A stretch of 64,000 nt of DNA from Octopus vulgaris. Lineage: Eukaryota. Below the pieces are notes generated by a model, which was not told the DNA's origin, searched no databases, and worked only from the letters and a program-made list of their open reading frames with translations. The stretch spans positions 146,878,001-146,942,000 of the forward strand of contig OX597814.1 of NCBI GenBank assembly GCA_951406725.2, given 5' to 3'. Below, piece by piece: positions 51,190 to 64,000 of this stretch. Numbering within the stretch: the stretch's first letter is position 1; each line of letters starts with the position of its first letter. Both the position numbers and the translations under genes were made by a program.

Positions 51190-52990
51190 TAAAAAAATAT
51201 TAGGCAGGTAATAATTGATCCAGATGAAGTTACAAGGTGGCAGAAGTATAGAGACTAAATGTAATATAGAGTACCTAAATGTTCTCTCTAATCATCCTAG
51301 ATCAGCCCTCAACGGTATGGTAAAAGCTATCTCGGTAAGAATTCCAAATTTATCAGCGAATGAGGAGATATTCAATACTCACGCTCTGTATTATAACCAA
51401 GCTCTAAAACTAAGTGAATTTTAAAAGAGAAATATTTTACACCCACGATACAATTCTTAAGACCAAAATTGTAAATATCTTGAACGGAACTGGCTCACAA
51501 TGTGTCAATTAAAGATATGAAAAAGCAGTGTATGGATGCGGCCCATATTAATAAAATGGTATTTAGGAATTCACATAAATTAAACCCTATATCTTCAATC
51601 AAGCTAATCAGACCAAACATTCAAATTCTAGGAAACGTGAAATTATATGGTTTGCTCCGCCATTCCCTCTTCAGGACAAATCTTTACCAGAATTATATTT
51701 TTAAATATTGAAGGAAAATGTCCTTAAAAATCATAAATATTGTTCTATTTTAAATAAATCCTCTGTGAAATTGTCGTACTCTACTACTCCGAATTTAGGT
51801 TCCATTATAGCTTCCATTATTAGATCTAAAGTCAGACTTAGGAAATTTACCCACAGAAATCTTTATAATGAACTTTATAACTCCAAAACTGATACTAGCT
51901 CTAATGTAAATATTACGCCAGGTCATCCCCTGACAGTCGACGGTAATTTAACCTCTAGTGATCGGAAAATTAATGCGAATGCGGGAAGAAAAAATATGTA
52001 ATTGCCGAATTAAGGAGTCATCTCCGCTAGCTGTATCCTGTTTATGTAGTAATGTAATGTGTAGGTTTTCTGTGGAGATCCTTACCACACAGAGGGTAAG
52101 AGTTTATATAGAAAGCATTATAGACGTTAAACGTCGTTATAGGGCATATTTGAATTATTTTACTAACGTAAAATACAAATTTTCTACAACACTATCGACT
52201 TATGTACAAGAATTTAAGCTAAGAAATATACAATACTCATTATCTTGGTCTGTAATAGCAGGAACCCCTCTATACAATACAATTATGCTTGTATGTATAT
52301 TGTGTTTATTAGAGAGTCCATGAATATTCTTCGTCGATATGACTACATCATTAAATAAGATCTGGGATGCTATGTATTTCTGTACCCATAGACAACGTTC
52401 AGCATTTAATTATTTCGATAAACCTCGATAAATTAACCATTATATTTCTAATAATCTATCACTTAATCTCTATATTCCTGTTACTCTGTAACTTCACCTT
52501 GATCAAATATTACCTGCTTAACATTTAAAACATTTTTCTAAATTGTATTTCCCATAATTCCTGCTACAACATTTCCTCTTCCTGTTAATAAGTGCACCAC
52601 CCTATATAACTAAATCTCATTTACCCATTACAATAAAATGTGAATCCTGAATAATATGCCCCCTCTGATGAAGGTGGCAGTATCCAAAGTTTGGAGTGAA
52701 AATGCCCTTAGAATTTTTGGATTACTGTGCTCCTGAAACGGTTGTAAGAGGACTACAACCAACAATTTATCGAAACAGGATTACCTATATTCTTGGATCA
52801 GTTACCTATATTTTCTGAAGAATCTAATCTCCACGCTATGATTTTTTATTCGCTCTTTTCGAAATGCTTTATTTTATACACCTTCTCGTAAGGGCATCTT
52901 TATTTCTAAATATTTTTTACAACCCCATTCTACAACGCCATTTACTACGATTGTAATTCTAATTGTATTTCTGAATGTCAATCTATATAT
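51190..52990 (+). mobile_element. 5'-truncated Penelope-like element (thumb/linker + GIY-YIG + 3' region)
   Basis: YLNVLSNHP..ISVRIPNLSANEEIF..YYNQALK; RKREIIWFAPPF; KLSYSTTPNL; CNCR..PL...CL; STTLSTY..WSVI..CILCLLE. Short inverted copy at the 5' end. Confidence 0.85.
52660..52751 (+). ncRNA. Type I hammerhead ribozyme motif (PLE-associated)
   Basis: CCCCT-CTGATGA(52665-71)-[AGGTGGCAGTATCCAAA..TTTGGATTACTGTGCTCCT]-GAAAC(52735-39)-GGTT-GTA(52744-46)-AGAGG. Confidence 0.75.
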
Positions 52991-53245
52991 AGTTTTATAC
53001 ATCCACACTTTTATAACTCAATCTCATTCCTCTATTTATATATGTATATTTATTTTTTATATATTTATATATTCTTAGATTTTTAATATGTTTTAATAGT
53101 TTAATGAATGATAGAGCTGTATATGTAAAAACTAATATACATCGATCCATGGCGAAATATATGTTTATATAAATTGATGAACTATTTGAATTCTCCTTAA
53201 CATTTTTAATATGTACATAAATATATACATACACACACTAGCACA

Positions 53246-54094
53246 CTCTGGGTGTGATTTGTAAATTGTCGGAATTTTATTTCGGCCGGGCGCCTTGTGT
53301 GTGATTTGTTTCGGTCGACTAACAATACAGTAGGGTCTGTTGAGCACCGTCTGTAAGAATGACAGCACAATGATGCAGTTCACTCTGCCAGAATTTTGGA
53401 AACAACATGCAGCACTGCTTCGCATTCACACCGGGAGATCCAATACGAACATTTCGGCATCAATCTGAGAAGAAGGCAACCTGAGGACATGTGCCGAGAG
53501 TGGTGAAAATCAAATTATCAGTCACCTTCATGGTTTTTGGAGTGATCAATCTTGATGGTGACGTTATGCCCCCCATTCATCATCCCACATGGCCTCAGAC
53601 TCAACAAGGAGGCCTACAACAAGTGCCTGGAGGATGGAGTGCTGAAAGACCCTATATCTGGCAATAGGACTCTGCACCGTGCCACACAAGCAGGAGAACG
53701 CATTCATGGTTGTCAGACAATTTCTGTGAACACACGAACCCTAACATTTGGCCACCTAACTCCCCAGACTGCAAACCCTTTGATTACTATGTATGGGGCG
53801 CAGTTGGGCGAGAGACCAACAAAACTCCTTGTAACATCAAAGAGGAACTGAAGGCAAGAATTATGGCAGCATTCGCCAACCTAAACAAGGAGGGCCTTCA
53901 GAAGAGTTGCAGGAGATTCCGACGTCGTCTGGAGGCCGCGGTTGAAACCAATTGTAACTTTATTGAATGAATTTACTCTGTAGAATTTCAAGATATTTTT
54001 ATGTAAGTTTGGTAAATATATCTGTTAAAATGAGATGTCAGTGTCATTTACATTTATGCGTAATTTAGACGACAGTTTATTAACTGCACCCTTG
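53246..54094 (+). mobile_element. Tc1/mariner-superfamily (maT/DD37D-like) transposon, internally deleted
   Basis: MVFGVI..DGDVMPPFI, WQ*DSAPCHT, and WPPNSPDCKPFDYYVWG..RRRLEAAVE; degenerate TIRs GGGTGTGATTTGTAAATTGTCG / CGACAGTTTATTAACTGCACCC. Confidence 0.87.
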
Positions 54095-54144
54095 TATATT
54101 ATATTTGTCAATATATATAAATATATATACATATGTGTGTGTGC

Positions 54145-54182
<38 letters not shown>

Positions 54183-54354
54183 TGAGCTGTCAGAAACTTT
54201 AGCACGCTGGGTGAAACTTTTCAACGATTGCAATAATTTTAAATGCACACCCAAGAATGAACATCTATCATTTTCCAAATGAATTTAAAGATATTGAATG
54301 GATTTTATTTTTAGTTATTATATTATTATGATTATCATCATCATCATCATATAT

Positions 54355-54580
54355 AAGGCCCCGAATTGGCACAACTGTTAACACTCTGGATGAAATATTT
54401 ATCAGTGTTTCGCCCGTCACTGCTTTCTGGCTTTAAATTCCGCCGAGGTCGGCTTTACTTTCCATCCTTTCGGTATCGATAAGAGAAGTGACAGTTGAAC
54501 ACTGGGGTTGATGAGATCGACTCCTACCCCACCTCTTCTTCCTCCCCTCCCCAATTTGTTTCCCACATGGTAAAATCTGA
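54355..54580 (+). mobile_element. Decayed SINE (family C)
   Basis: AAATTCCGCCGAGGTCGGCTTTACTTTCCATCCTTTCGGTATCGATAAG..CACTGGGGTTGAT. Confidence 0.75.
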
Positions 54581-55786
54581 AATTATTATTATCATTTATA
54601 TTTTCATAGTATTTCAAAAACTGTCTTTATAATGATATTAATATTTTCATTTATTTATGAATAGCTATTTACACTCTCACAATTCAATACTTACCATTAC
54701 TTGATTTACTCTGAACATGTATGATTTCTTTTTAACTTAATTTTTCTTTTTTGGCTGAAGATTTTCTTCGATTTTATACAACACGATATTTATGTAATTT
54801 TATTTTAATTTTCAATTTGTATATTTACTCACTCAACTTCTCTTACTTCTGGAAGACCATTACTAGAAACAATCCTAGTATGCATATTCATACAACCTAT
54901 GACAGGTTCAACATATAATCATATATAACATGAAGCCAACGGAAAATTTAGTGTTGACTAAGTTATGTTCCACTCGCAATAACTTTATCCCAGTGCAAAG
55001 GAAACCGAAATTTAGTCATAAATCTCAGAATGGGCTAAGAAGAAAATTTATCAGATATTGTATGTTCTAGAAGTGACTTTGTAAGTTACCATAAATTGAT
55101 TGCTAAGTGAATGCCTCCCTATATATTCACAAAATGTGCAATAATTTATTCATGTTAGTTAAATATTGTAATTCTATGATGTTATGTACAAGAAAAAAAA
55201 ATTTAATAGCCTTTCTTTCACAGTTACCGAACTTCAATTTTATTAATAGTATGAGGACAAATTTGAACAGTTAATACATGGGGAATTAGTTTCAATCAGC
55301 CTCTGTATTTACATACTTACAAGTGAAAATGAAGAGAACTATTAAATATAGTATCATAGAGAAAGGAATGTATAGTATACAGAAACTCAATTTGGCCATG
55401 TAAATGGTTAATAAAACTTCTCATAACATTTGGGCAAAGGAAATGTTCATAAAAATAGAAAAAAATATCGTTTAACAAAAACACTCACGTATTATATTTC
55501 AATTTGAAATTTCATAAGCGTTTCCTGAGAAAATAAACATATATTTATATATTTCGTAATATAATACCAAACAAACAATATGCTGTCTATTCTTTTTATG
55601 TACCGTACTAAATGACCGTATACAAATTAGTACTCGTTCACCTCTTACTTTATGTTTTGTGTTTGCTACGCGTTCAATGTCAAGTTTCGTATCATATGTT
55701 AATAAATATTGGATTTACAATAACAGCCTTTTTCGACCATTTTTCATATTAGTAATACACTAAGCTTTTTATCTATGTCTCCCCTC

Positions 55787-55817
<31 letters not shown>

Positions 55818-55884
55818 CGTATGTGTGAGTGTGTGTGTGTCTGTCTATGTTTGAGTAGTTATATGTATATATATATGATGTATG

Positions 55885-55922
<38 letters not shown>

Positions 55923-55925
<3 letters not shown>

Positions 55926-56270
55926 CTTGCTTCAGTCATTTGGGAGTAGCTGTGCTGGAGCACCACCTTGAAAGGTTTTAGTCTAACAGATCAAACATAG
56001 GCCGTACATTTCAAGTCTACTACTTATTCTATCGGTCTCTTTGCAGTGCCGTTAAGTTAGGGGTATAGAGATACACCAGCGTCAGTTGTTACGCCGTAGT
56101 GAGGAACAAGCACAGTGATAAATACAATTACACATAGAAATATACATATATATAAATACGACGAGCTTCTACCCGTTTTCGCCTACCAAATCCACTGAAA
56201 AGGCTTTGGTCGGCCCGAGTCTATAGAAGAAGGCACTTGACCAAGTTACCACGCATGGGCACAGAACCAA
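55923..56270 (-). mobile_element. tRNA-derived SINE (family A), decayed
   Basis: CTTCAGTCATTTG..GCTGGAGCACCACC..CTACCAAATCCACT..GGCTTTGGTCGGCCCGAG. Confidence 0.8.
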
Positions 56271-57289
56271 TGCGTGGCATCTTGTTCTAGTGCCTTCATT
56301 TATAGACTCGGGACGACCAAAACCTTATCAATGCTATGTATATGAGAAGATATGTAAGAATATTTAATTCTCATTGTCGACTCTCTTTGGATTAATGTCA
56401 TGTATATATTAGCACACATTTTACGGCATATATCCATGTAAGTCTATGTATCATATTGCAGAGTACATACTTTCAGGATTCTAAAATATATTCGTGAATT
56501 AACTCGTAATAAATGTAGCATTCGCAACATTCTCAATTAGATGTGTATTTAAGTCGAAATATATCACGGATGTACTCTGTGTTATTCTTTCCGCTGCCAG
56601 TCGATACTGCAATTACGATGTAAGCAATATGCAGTCTAATAATAAAAATAGTTAACTATCGTCCGGACAATTTTGTCTAAAAAGGTTGTTTGTCTAGATA
56701 ACCCACAGCTAATTCCTACTATATCGTAGAACATCATAATTTATGTGGTGTACCAATGGTACACTGTAAATATTAATTTAATATTAGCCTGAATGAATAG
56801 CATTACTATTTTTTGAGTTGGGTCTCTAATTTATTAAATAACTCGGTTCCTTGAACCACTGTTGCACTGCGTAAATTCATATTGTTCTGTTTATTGTATA
56901 GATCTTGCCAGGCATTTAAAATTATATTCATATTATAGAGTACAATGAAAGCATTTATTATTTCTCGTTGCTATCGAACGTAACGGCGTCGTACATTTGT
57001 TTTTTATAGGCGACTTATATAGTAAATTTGATCAACTGCGGCAGAGGACATGAATATTTACATACATTTATGTGCCCTCGTCACCCATCTTGACAGGTAC
57101 ACATAATTACTTTACTTGGTATTTGCCATGTAATCTTTGCACGTTTTTTATATCACAAAAGCTATAACTTCATAACAGTGCACCTTATCCTAGTATATAT
57201 TCAGCTGAGAAATATATCTTACTTATGTAATTATGGAGAAAAGGATGGATTGATCGGTGCATAGGTATGTACCGTATGCACATATACAT

Positions 57290-57294
<5 letters not shown>

Positions 57295-57352
<58 letters not shown>

Positions 57353-57427
57353 GTATGTATGTATGTGTGTGTGTGTAGTTACACATGTAGATATATGCAT
57401 ACGTATATATGCATACGTGTATATATG

Positions 57428-57468
<41 letters not shown>

Positions 57469-57472
57469 GTAT

Positions 57473-57552
<80 letters not shown>
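57295..57552. repeat. Compound (TA)n microsatellite tract
   Basis: Seen directly. Confidence 0.95.
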
Positions 57553-57556
<4 letters not shown>

Positions 57557-58430
57557 CAGAGTAAATACAATGAAATTCTACATGGTTTATAACAGGAATG
57601 CCATGTTTCATGGCGTCACCCAAAATTCTCTGAGACCATAATTTAATATAGTGAAAAATTAAGGAGCTTTAGTAAATATATTTGGTCTACCCCACAGGAA
57701 GCACTCTAACTATATCCAGATGCAACAATAGTTATTGCAATGAGTCTTGGTCTATAGGAATTATATAATTTCTTAGAGAAGTAGTATTTGGACACATGAA
57801 AAACATGAAATATCTAACATTAGTGAAGATAGAGGAAATTATCATTTTTCTGTCACAGTTCCTCCCGTCGTCATCTGGTGTTGAATTCATAACAATGAAA
57901 TATATTCAGCTTCATAATTTTTACTAGTTGCTGATATAATATTTCTTATGTAAATAATTTAATCAAGAAGCGACAAACAAAGAACCGGCCATTTTCTAAC
58001 AGTGTTAGGAAGACTATGAAATAAGAATTTAGTCTTCTTTTCTGCGATCACAATTCAGGATGCATAGTAATCGGATGCAAACGTATATGTAGTGCATAAT
58101 CATATATGAATCTAAGCAGAAAAATTGTCTAAAACAGAGACCTCTGTGTAAGAAACATATAGTGTGTTTGATGATATTATATCAGTCTAAATTAATCAAG
58201 CGTGTTGAATGTAGCCATAAAGTGATTGTCAAAGTAATTGCAAAATGGTCTGAGGAAAATCTAGATTATTTGCTAGTTTTCTCTCGAATTCTTCTTCATC
58301 ATCATCGGCATTATCCTCCTTCTCATCAACTGAGACATCATTAACAGGTGAGTTACATACATATATGCGGATATATCCATATATATGTACGTGTGTGTGC
58401 GTGTTTTTCTGTATCTATCTTGATAGCTCT

Positions 58431-58480
<50 letters not shown>

Positions 58481-59339
58481 GTGTGTGTGTGTGTGTGTAT
58501 GTGTGTGTGTGTCAAAGAAGAGATTTTAGCTTAGTTTAAATATGGTTCAACTTCTAAAGGCAGTTACACTGGGAATGACCATAAAACAATTTGCATACAG
58601 TAAAACCTGTTAATAATACATTATCAGTTCAGTGACGCCCTCTATTGCCTCACTCATGACACATTCCTGGCTGTTTATACCGATAGAACTCAGTAGGGTG
58701 CTGCAAAACTGATAATGGTATATTTATACCTTTTACTAAAATCGAGAATTTTTTCTCTGTTGTAAACTGCAATGAATATCTTTAGAGGTTGAAATATGAA
58801 AATAACATATTTGAACTAAGGTAAAGCGCGCTTTTTGCCCATCAGTGCTTCGTATTTCTGCTATTGTATTTCAGATCGAGCGGTATACTTGCTCATATCA
58901 ATCTATATACCAAACAATTCATTGTAAGGCTACGGCTTTCCGTCAGCTCAGGGATACTTTTGTTAGTTATCCTCTACTGAGAGTCATGTACCGAACCAGA
59001 AAGGCATCTAGGGCTCCAACAGAGTGCGTTACAGGTCTACTAATAGTGTATTTACACATTTCACCATAAACGATAATACTGCCACCTCAGTAAACTACAG
59101 TGAAATTTTCTTAAACACTGTATTAAAACAGAAGCACGTAGTTTGTGTTCAGTATACGGAGATTGATTGAAGGCACAAGGTGTGCTATAAAAAGCTGTCC
59201 AACCACGTGACATAATGACAAGAAACTATCTGTAGATCGTATTTTAATACAGTGTATGTTAAATATTTATCTCTCGCTCAATGGAGTATTTATATATGTA
59301 TATATGAATGTATGAGTTTGTACGTATGCATTTGTGTCT

Positions 59340-59407
<68 letters not shown>

Positions 59408-60419
59408 GTGTGCCTGTATATATATATATAGTATATATATGAGTATGTATATATATATATATATTTGTATATGTGTTTATGAGTGTATATATCTGCTTAT
59501 GAGTGTACATACATAATACACGCACACACACACATACACACACACACAGATACACACACATATAATTGAAGCTACGTACGTATATCATTCGAACGTTATC
59601 GAATTGCAGGCATATGACCATTTGTTGTCTACTATAATTTATTCATTATGAATATTTCTGACAGCTATTGATGACGCTTATATTTATTGATAATAACTTA
59701 TAAATACTTACTTAGCACACAAGAGACTTCCTGTCAATTTTTGTAACAAAACAAATCTTAACTCTAAATCGATGAGATTAATGCAGATTTGTAAACTTGA
59801 AGCAAACTAACGAAAATAACTTATACCCATAAGAACACTTGGATCACTTATTGCTTAACAGACTTTATATTGCATTTCGATTTGGTTGGCTATGTAACTA
59901 TATATCTTATGGGGACAATATTACATTTCAAAATATATTTTCAATTAATTATTATAGAAAATTATTGTAGTCAGGTATATTGAGATTAAACGTCGCATTG
60001 AGTTACGAGATTCAAAAATTATTGATAGAAATTTACGTTCAGCGTTTATGAGAACTAAGAGTTAGATATATCAGTCAAATTCCACTCGTATTTCCAAGTA
60101 CTGTTGTGAATAACGAAGAATATTTTATTAATCATATACAGACACACACAGAGAAATATATTAGTATATGTAGTTAGATAACTAGAAATGTGTGCACATA
60201 TGTGTTTGTTGGTGTGTGTGTGTTCGTCTGCGTGTATGTTCGTGCATGTGCGTTTGTATGTCGGTTTGAATTTGCTTAATGAACTTCGTAGAACGAAAGA
60301 AATGATGAATGACCTTAATATTCGACATTCATTGGGGGTACCAGTAAAGGTTTCTACATCATTACACATACACAATCTGTTGGATTCAGATACTCAGAGC
60401 TATTAATATGCTTATAGTA

Positions 60420-60700
60420 TTCTTTTATTCCTTTACTTGTTTCGATCATCTGACTGCGACCATGCTGGAGAACCGCATTGAAAGGCTTTTTAGCCGAAGA
60501 TATCAACCCCAGAACTTATTCTTTATAAACATAGCAATTATTCTCTCGGGTTGCTTTGCCAAACCGCTAGTATTACGGGGACATCGGTTGTCAAGCGATA
60601 GTGGGAGTGGGGTGACAAACATAGACACAAAGACAAAAATATATATATATACATATATACTCGACAGGCTTCTTTCAGTTCCCGTCAACCAAATCCAAGC
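60420..60700 (-). mobile_element. SINE (family A), head missing
   Basis: TTACTTGTTTCGATCATCTGACTGCGACCATGCTGGAG..GACAGGCTTCTTTCAGTTCCCGTC. Confidence 0.8.
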
Positions 60701-61689
60701 AGTACTTTGATAGCAAGTTGCCCCTCAACTGTACAGAATGACTACACAGTATCAGGGTACGATACATCCATAAACGAAAATAGCAAACCTACTAACACAT
60801 CAAATCTAACCCTAAGTATAAGTGTATAGGTGTATGCATATACATACATACGTGTGCGTTTGTGTGTGTATATATATATATGTACGTGTTGTTTATATGT
60901 GTGCGTGAGTATGTATTATTGTCGTGAAATCCAGAGTTCACTTCGGTAATTTCTATATGTGGATGTAGAGTAAAATAAAATATAATCCAAAAAAGACGAC
61001 GAAGAGAACGTAATGACCAGTTACAATTGTTCCTTTACAAACTCTGTTTTAATGCCAATGTAGTTTTTAACACCATTACCTAATTTAATTATATTTTCAA
61101 TTTTAAATCCGTGTTCATACGGTTTTCAAAATCGTACGTTAATTATATATTTTAAATATCTCTTCTATTTTCTCCTTATCTCTTTAATTAGTCATTTCCT
61201 TTTTTATTTGTTCGCACCCTTCACTACAAATGCTAATCTTTTCTGCTTTAGCGTGTTGGGATCAAAGGTCTCTAATAAATTTTCTGGTTTTCTCAAGTGC
61301 CATTTTTCCACTACACCACATATTGCGATTAATTGCACGTATCCCGTTTCCTTATTTACTTCCTCAACAGCAAACACCAGCACCAGAACCCAAAGTAGCA
61401 GCAGCAGCAGCCCTACCACTACCACCACATTAACCACAATCTCTCAGACACCCACCAGCAGCAGCAACTACGCTAATACCACAGGCCATTACTAAGCAGC
61501 TGTCAATTCGTTCTTTGTACATTTCTCAACCCATCTATATCATCATTACTTCAATATGGATCTTTAATATGGATCCCAATCATATCATCTTGTATTTGTT
61601 GGCTTCGCTGTGATGCTTTCGGTGTCGATAACATAAGCACCAGTTAAGCATTGGAGTTGATGAAATTAACTCTCCAGTACCTTGCCTGT

Positions 61690-62165
61690 GTCTAGAGAAT
61701 TTATCTCGCCAAGTCGATATAAACTCTACAGGCATGGAAGCGCTGTCAGTGGAGTTTGTCTAAGATTCGTGCAGAGCGACGAATCAGTTCTGCATGCAGA
61801 CATACAGTGTCCAAATATTGCTGAATTGTGGAGTTATGTCGAGCAGATGATATCACGAGTGGGATGAATCCGACTATCACCTGAAAGAGGACTGCCTTAC
61901 CATCCACCTTTAGCACCTTTAACACCCATCATGAGGCAGGGCAGGTGGTTTTCTTCTGTCTAGTGGCTATGGCAAAAGAGGTTGTGTAGTGGACGAGGCT
62001 GAAAGAATTGTGAAAAATTTTTCCTTGGTTAATCTTACATCGTCCTTTCTTAAGTTCCGCTTGAAAGCGGAAAAATGTGAGTGGAGATGGAGGTGCTACT
62101 TCCTGGTGAATTTGTGAAAAGATGAGTGACTGTGGCAAAAATGTTTCAGTGTGAATGGCTCTAAT
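61690..62165 (+). mobile_element. L1/Tx1-like LINE C-terminal (zinc-binding) fragment, decayed
   Basis: KLYRHGSAVSGVCLRFVQSDESVLHADIQCPNIAELWSYVEQ (degenerate Cx2C..H..C), then VFFCLVAMAKEVV*WTRLK. Confidence 0.65.
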
Positions 62166-62628
62166 TTAATTATGCATGCACCAGTAGATCGGACAACATC
62201 TGTTGCTATGTTTACGTCCTTTTACTTAGCGGTTCGACAAATGAAAACCACTAGAATGATACCAGGTTGAAGAAATAAGTATTGGGGTTGATTCGTTTGA
62301 CTAAATATTCTTAAAGGTGGTGCCCCAAGAGTCTAGTGAGTGAAATTATTGAAAGATAAATTATATGTTTGTGTATGTGAGTGTGTGTATGTGTGTATTA
62401 TTTATATATCAAGAAAAAGATCAAAGTCCTTTCCGAGCGATAGGCTTATAAGACTGATTTGGAAATCACAATATTACAATCATGAGCCCAACACCAAGGT
62501 CAAGCTTTTATATACACACAGACATACGGGCAAACGCACGCACACAAACACGCACACACACATAACACAACACACACACTCACAAATAGACACAAATACT
62601 CACACACATATATGTATATGTATATATA

Positions 62629-62712
<84 letters not shown>

Positions 62713-63502
62713 CATACATGTATGTATGTACGCATGTAGATAAAAGTGTGAGTGTGTGTGTATGTATATATATATGTGTGTGTATGGAGAGAGAGATAGA
62801 GGGAATTATGTATACATGTATAGCTAAAGGTTGAGTGAGTGACTGAGAGAATGGTAGGCAGATCGGTTTGGTCGATAGTTTTCCTGCATAAGCTGTTAGA
62901 TTATATCCGAAACTCAATAAGTGTAATTATGAGTTTGTAAATCTAATCTCTAAAGCTATGGGACTTGTCCACAAATTTAAAGAGATATATCATTTCAATT
63001 TAAAGTATTTTTAAAGAATAAATATTTCCCTTCCTAAAGTTGCATTTAGACACTTTGTACGTGAAAAACTTCTACTTGAAATTGAGAGCTTCTCTAGCTA
63101 TTTATTTATTTATTCTTAATTTGTCTGCTTTATACCCATGAATCTTAGGACTGCCAATTTACGAAACATTGTTTACTTGTACAATGTGTTCGCAGTTCAT
63201 ATTTGTGTTTACACAAACCATGTCAAGTTAAATTATTGATCACAGAGCCCTTTGCTCAAAGAAATTTCTTACCATGAATTTCATATTAGTTTATGGATAC
63301 GTAAACCAGACCAATCTTGTTTTGGTCTGGTTTTTGTTTTTTTATTTCATTACTGTAAAACATTGGCTTTCTTTTACGATAAACGGCTTCTTGAAGATAT
63401 ACCAATATTACTTAGCTTCAAGTGTATCGTCGTAAGTGCTACATAGTTTCAAATCACTACGGCAACATGAGCTTTTGTATTTAGATATACATATATAAAT
63501 AT

Positions 63503-63878
63503 ACTAGCAGCATCGCCCGGCGTTGCCCGGGTTTGTTTCGACACTGTAGAATTGGAATTTCTGAAAAGTAAAAATGTTGCATTATGTAGCTTGTTATTCT
63601 CTTTAAGTGAAATACACCGAAAAATGGCGACATAGCAGTCAAAAAATCGTAAAAAATAGGGATTTTCATAGAAAAGAAAAACATTTTTTTAATGGATATA
63701 ATTTTTGGTGTTAAGATGGTCCAATTTGAATTTTTTTTCTGCAGAAAGAAGAGCAAGCTTTCTTCTATCATACTCTCAATATTAGTTAAATTGCGCCGCA
63801 GGGTCTCGGAGGAGATAGTGTTAGTTGAAGGCTACTAAACCTGCCATACACAGACAACTTCAGCTTTATATATATATA
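63503..63878 (+). mobile_element. Non-autonomous Helentron-type (HINE/DINE-like) element
   Basis: Begins ACTAGC followed by GC hairpin CCCGG-CGTTGC-CCGGG; ends ACAGAC..CTTTATATATATA. This is the usual HINE architecture. Confidence 0.55.
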
Positions 63879-64000
63879 CATATACACACACACGCACACG
63901 CACACCCGCCCGAAGGGTTATACGTACTTAAATGAAGGTGTTCACGTATATTTAGAACAAGCGTATATTTGTATACAAACGAATACTTGCCTTTATTGGC

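Noticed and set aside
58845-59069. 74-aa ORF with an internal acceptor-like TTTCAG
   Set aside because: No recognisable domain and only a weak downstream donor; expected by chance.
61204-61495. Ser/Thr-rich ORFs
   Set aside because: They come from a decayed (CAG)/(CAC) trinucleotide low-complexity tract.

Overview
AT-rich, repeat-saturated eukaryotic DNA, intergenic or intronic in character. The SINE families and dense (TA)n/(CA)n/(ATCT)n microsatellites suggest a coleoid cephalopod such as Octopus; this is inferred from remembered repeat consensus, not from a search. I find no convincing host protein-coding gene, and most ORFs in the track are microsatellite translations. The window is a layered transposon graveyard: R4/Dong-like RLE LINEs, CR1/L2-group LINEs (one with an uninterrupted ~475-codon RT), a Tx1-like fragment, three Penelope-like elements (PLEs), Tc1/mariner relics, MITEs, a Helentron-type element and many tRNA-derived SINEs. 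The most notable items are: (1) an apparently intact hammerhead ribozyme with a long stem II behind a PLE; (2) a LINE/SINE-shared 3' stem-loop with compensatory changes; (3) a ~450 bp foldback element carrying two divergent pseudo-tRNAs; (4) an in-frame RT-deleted LINE; (5) two exon-like segments with no ORF. I cannot support a claim of a wholly new biological system. Coordinates of decayed elements are approximate, and all alignments were done by eye.
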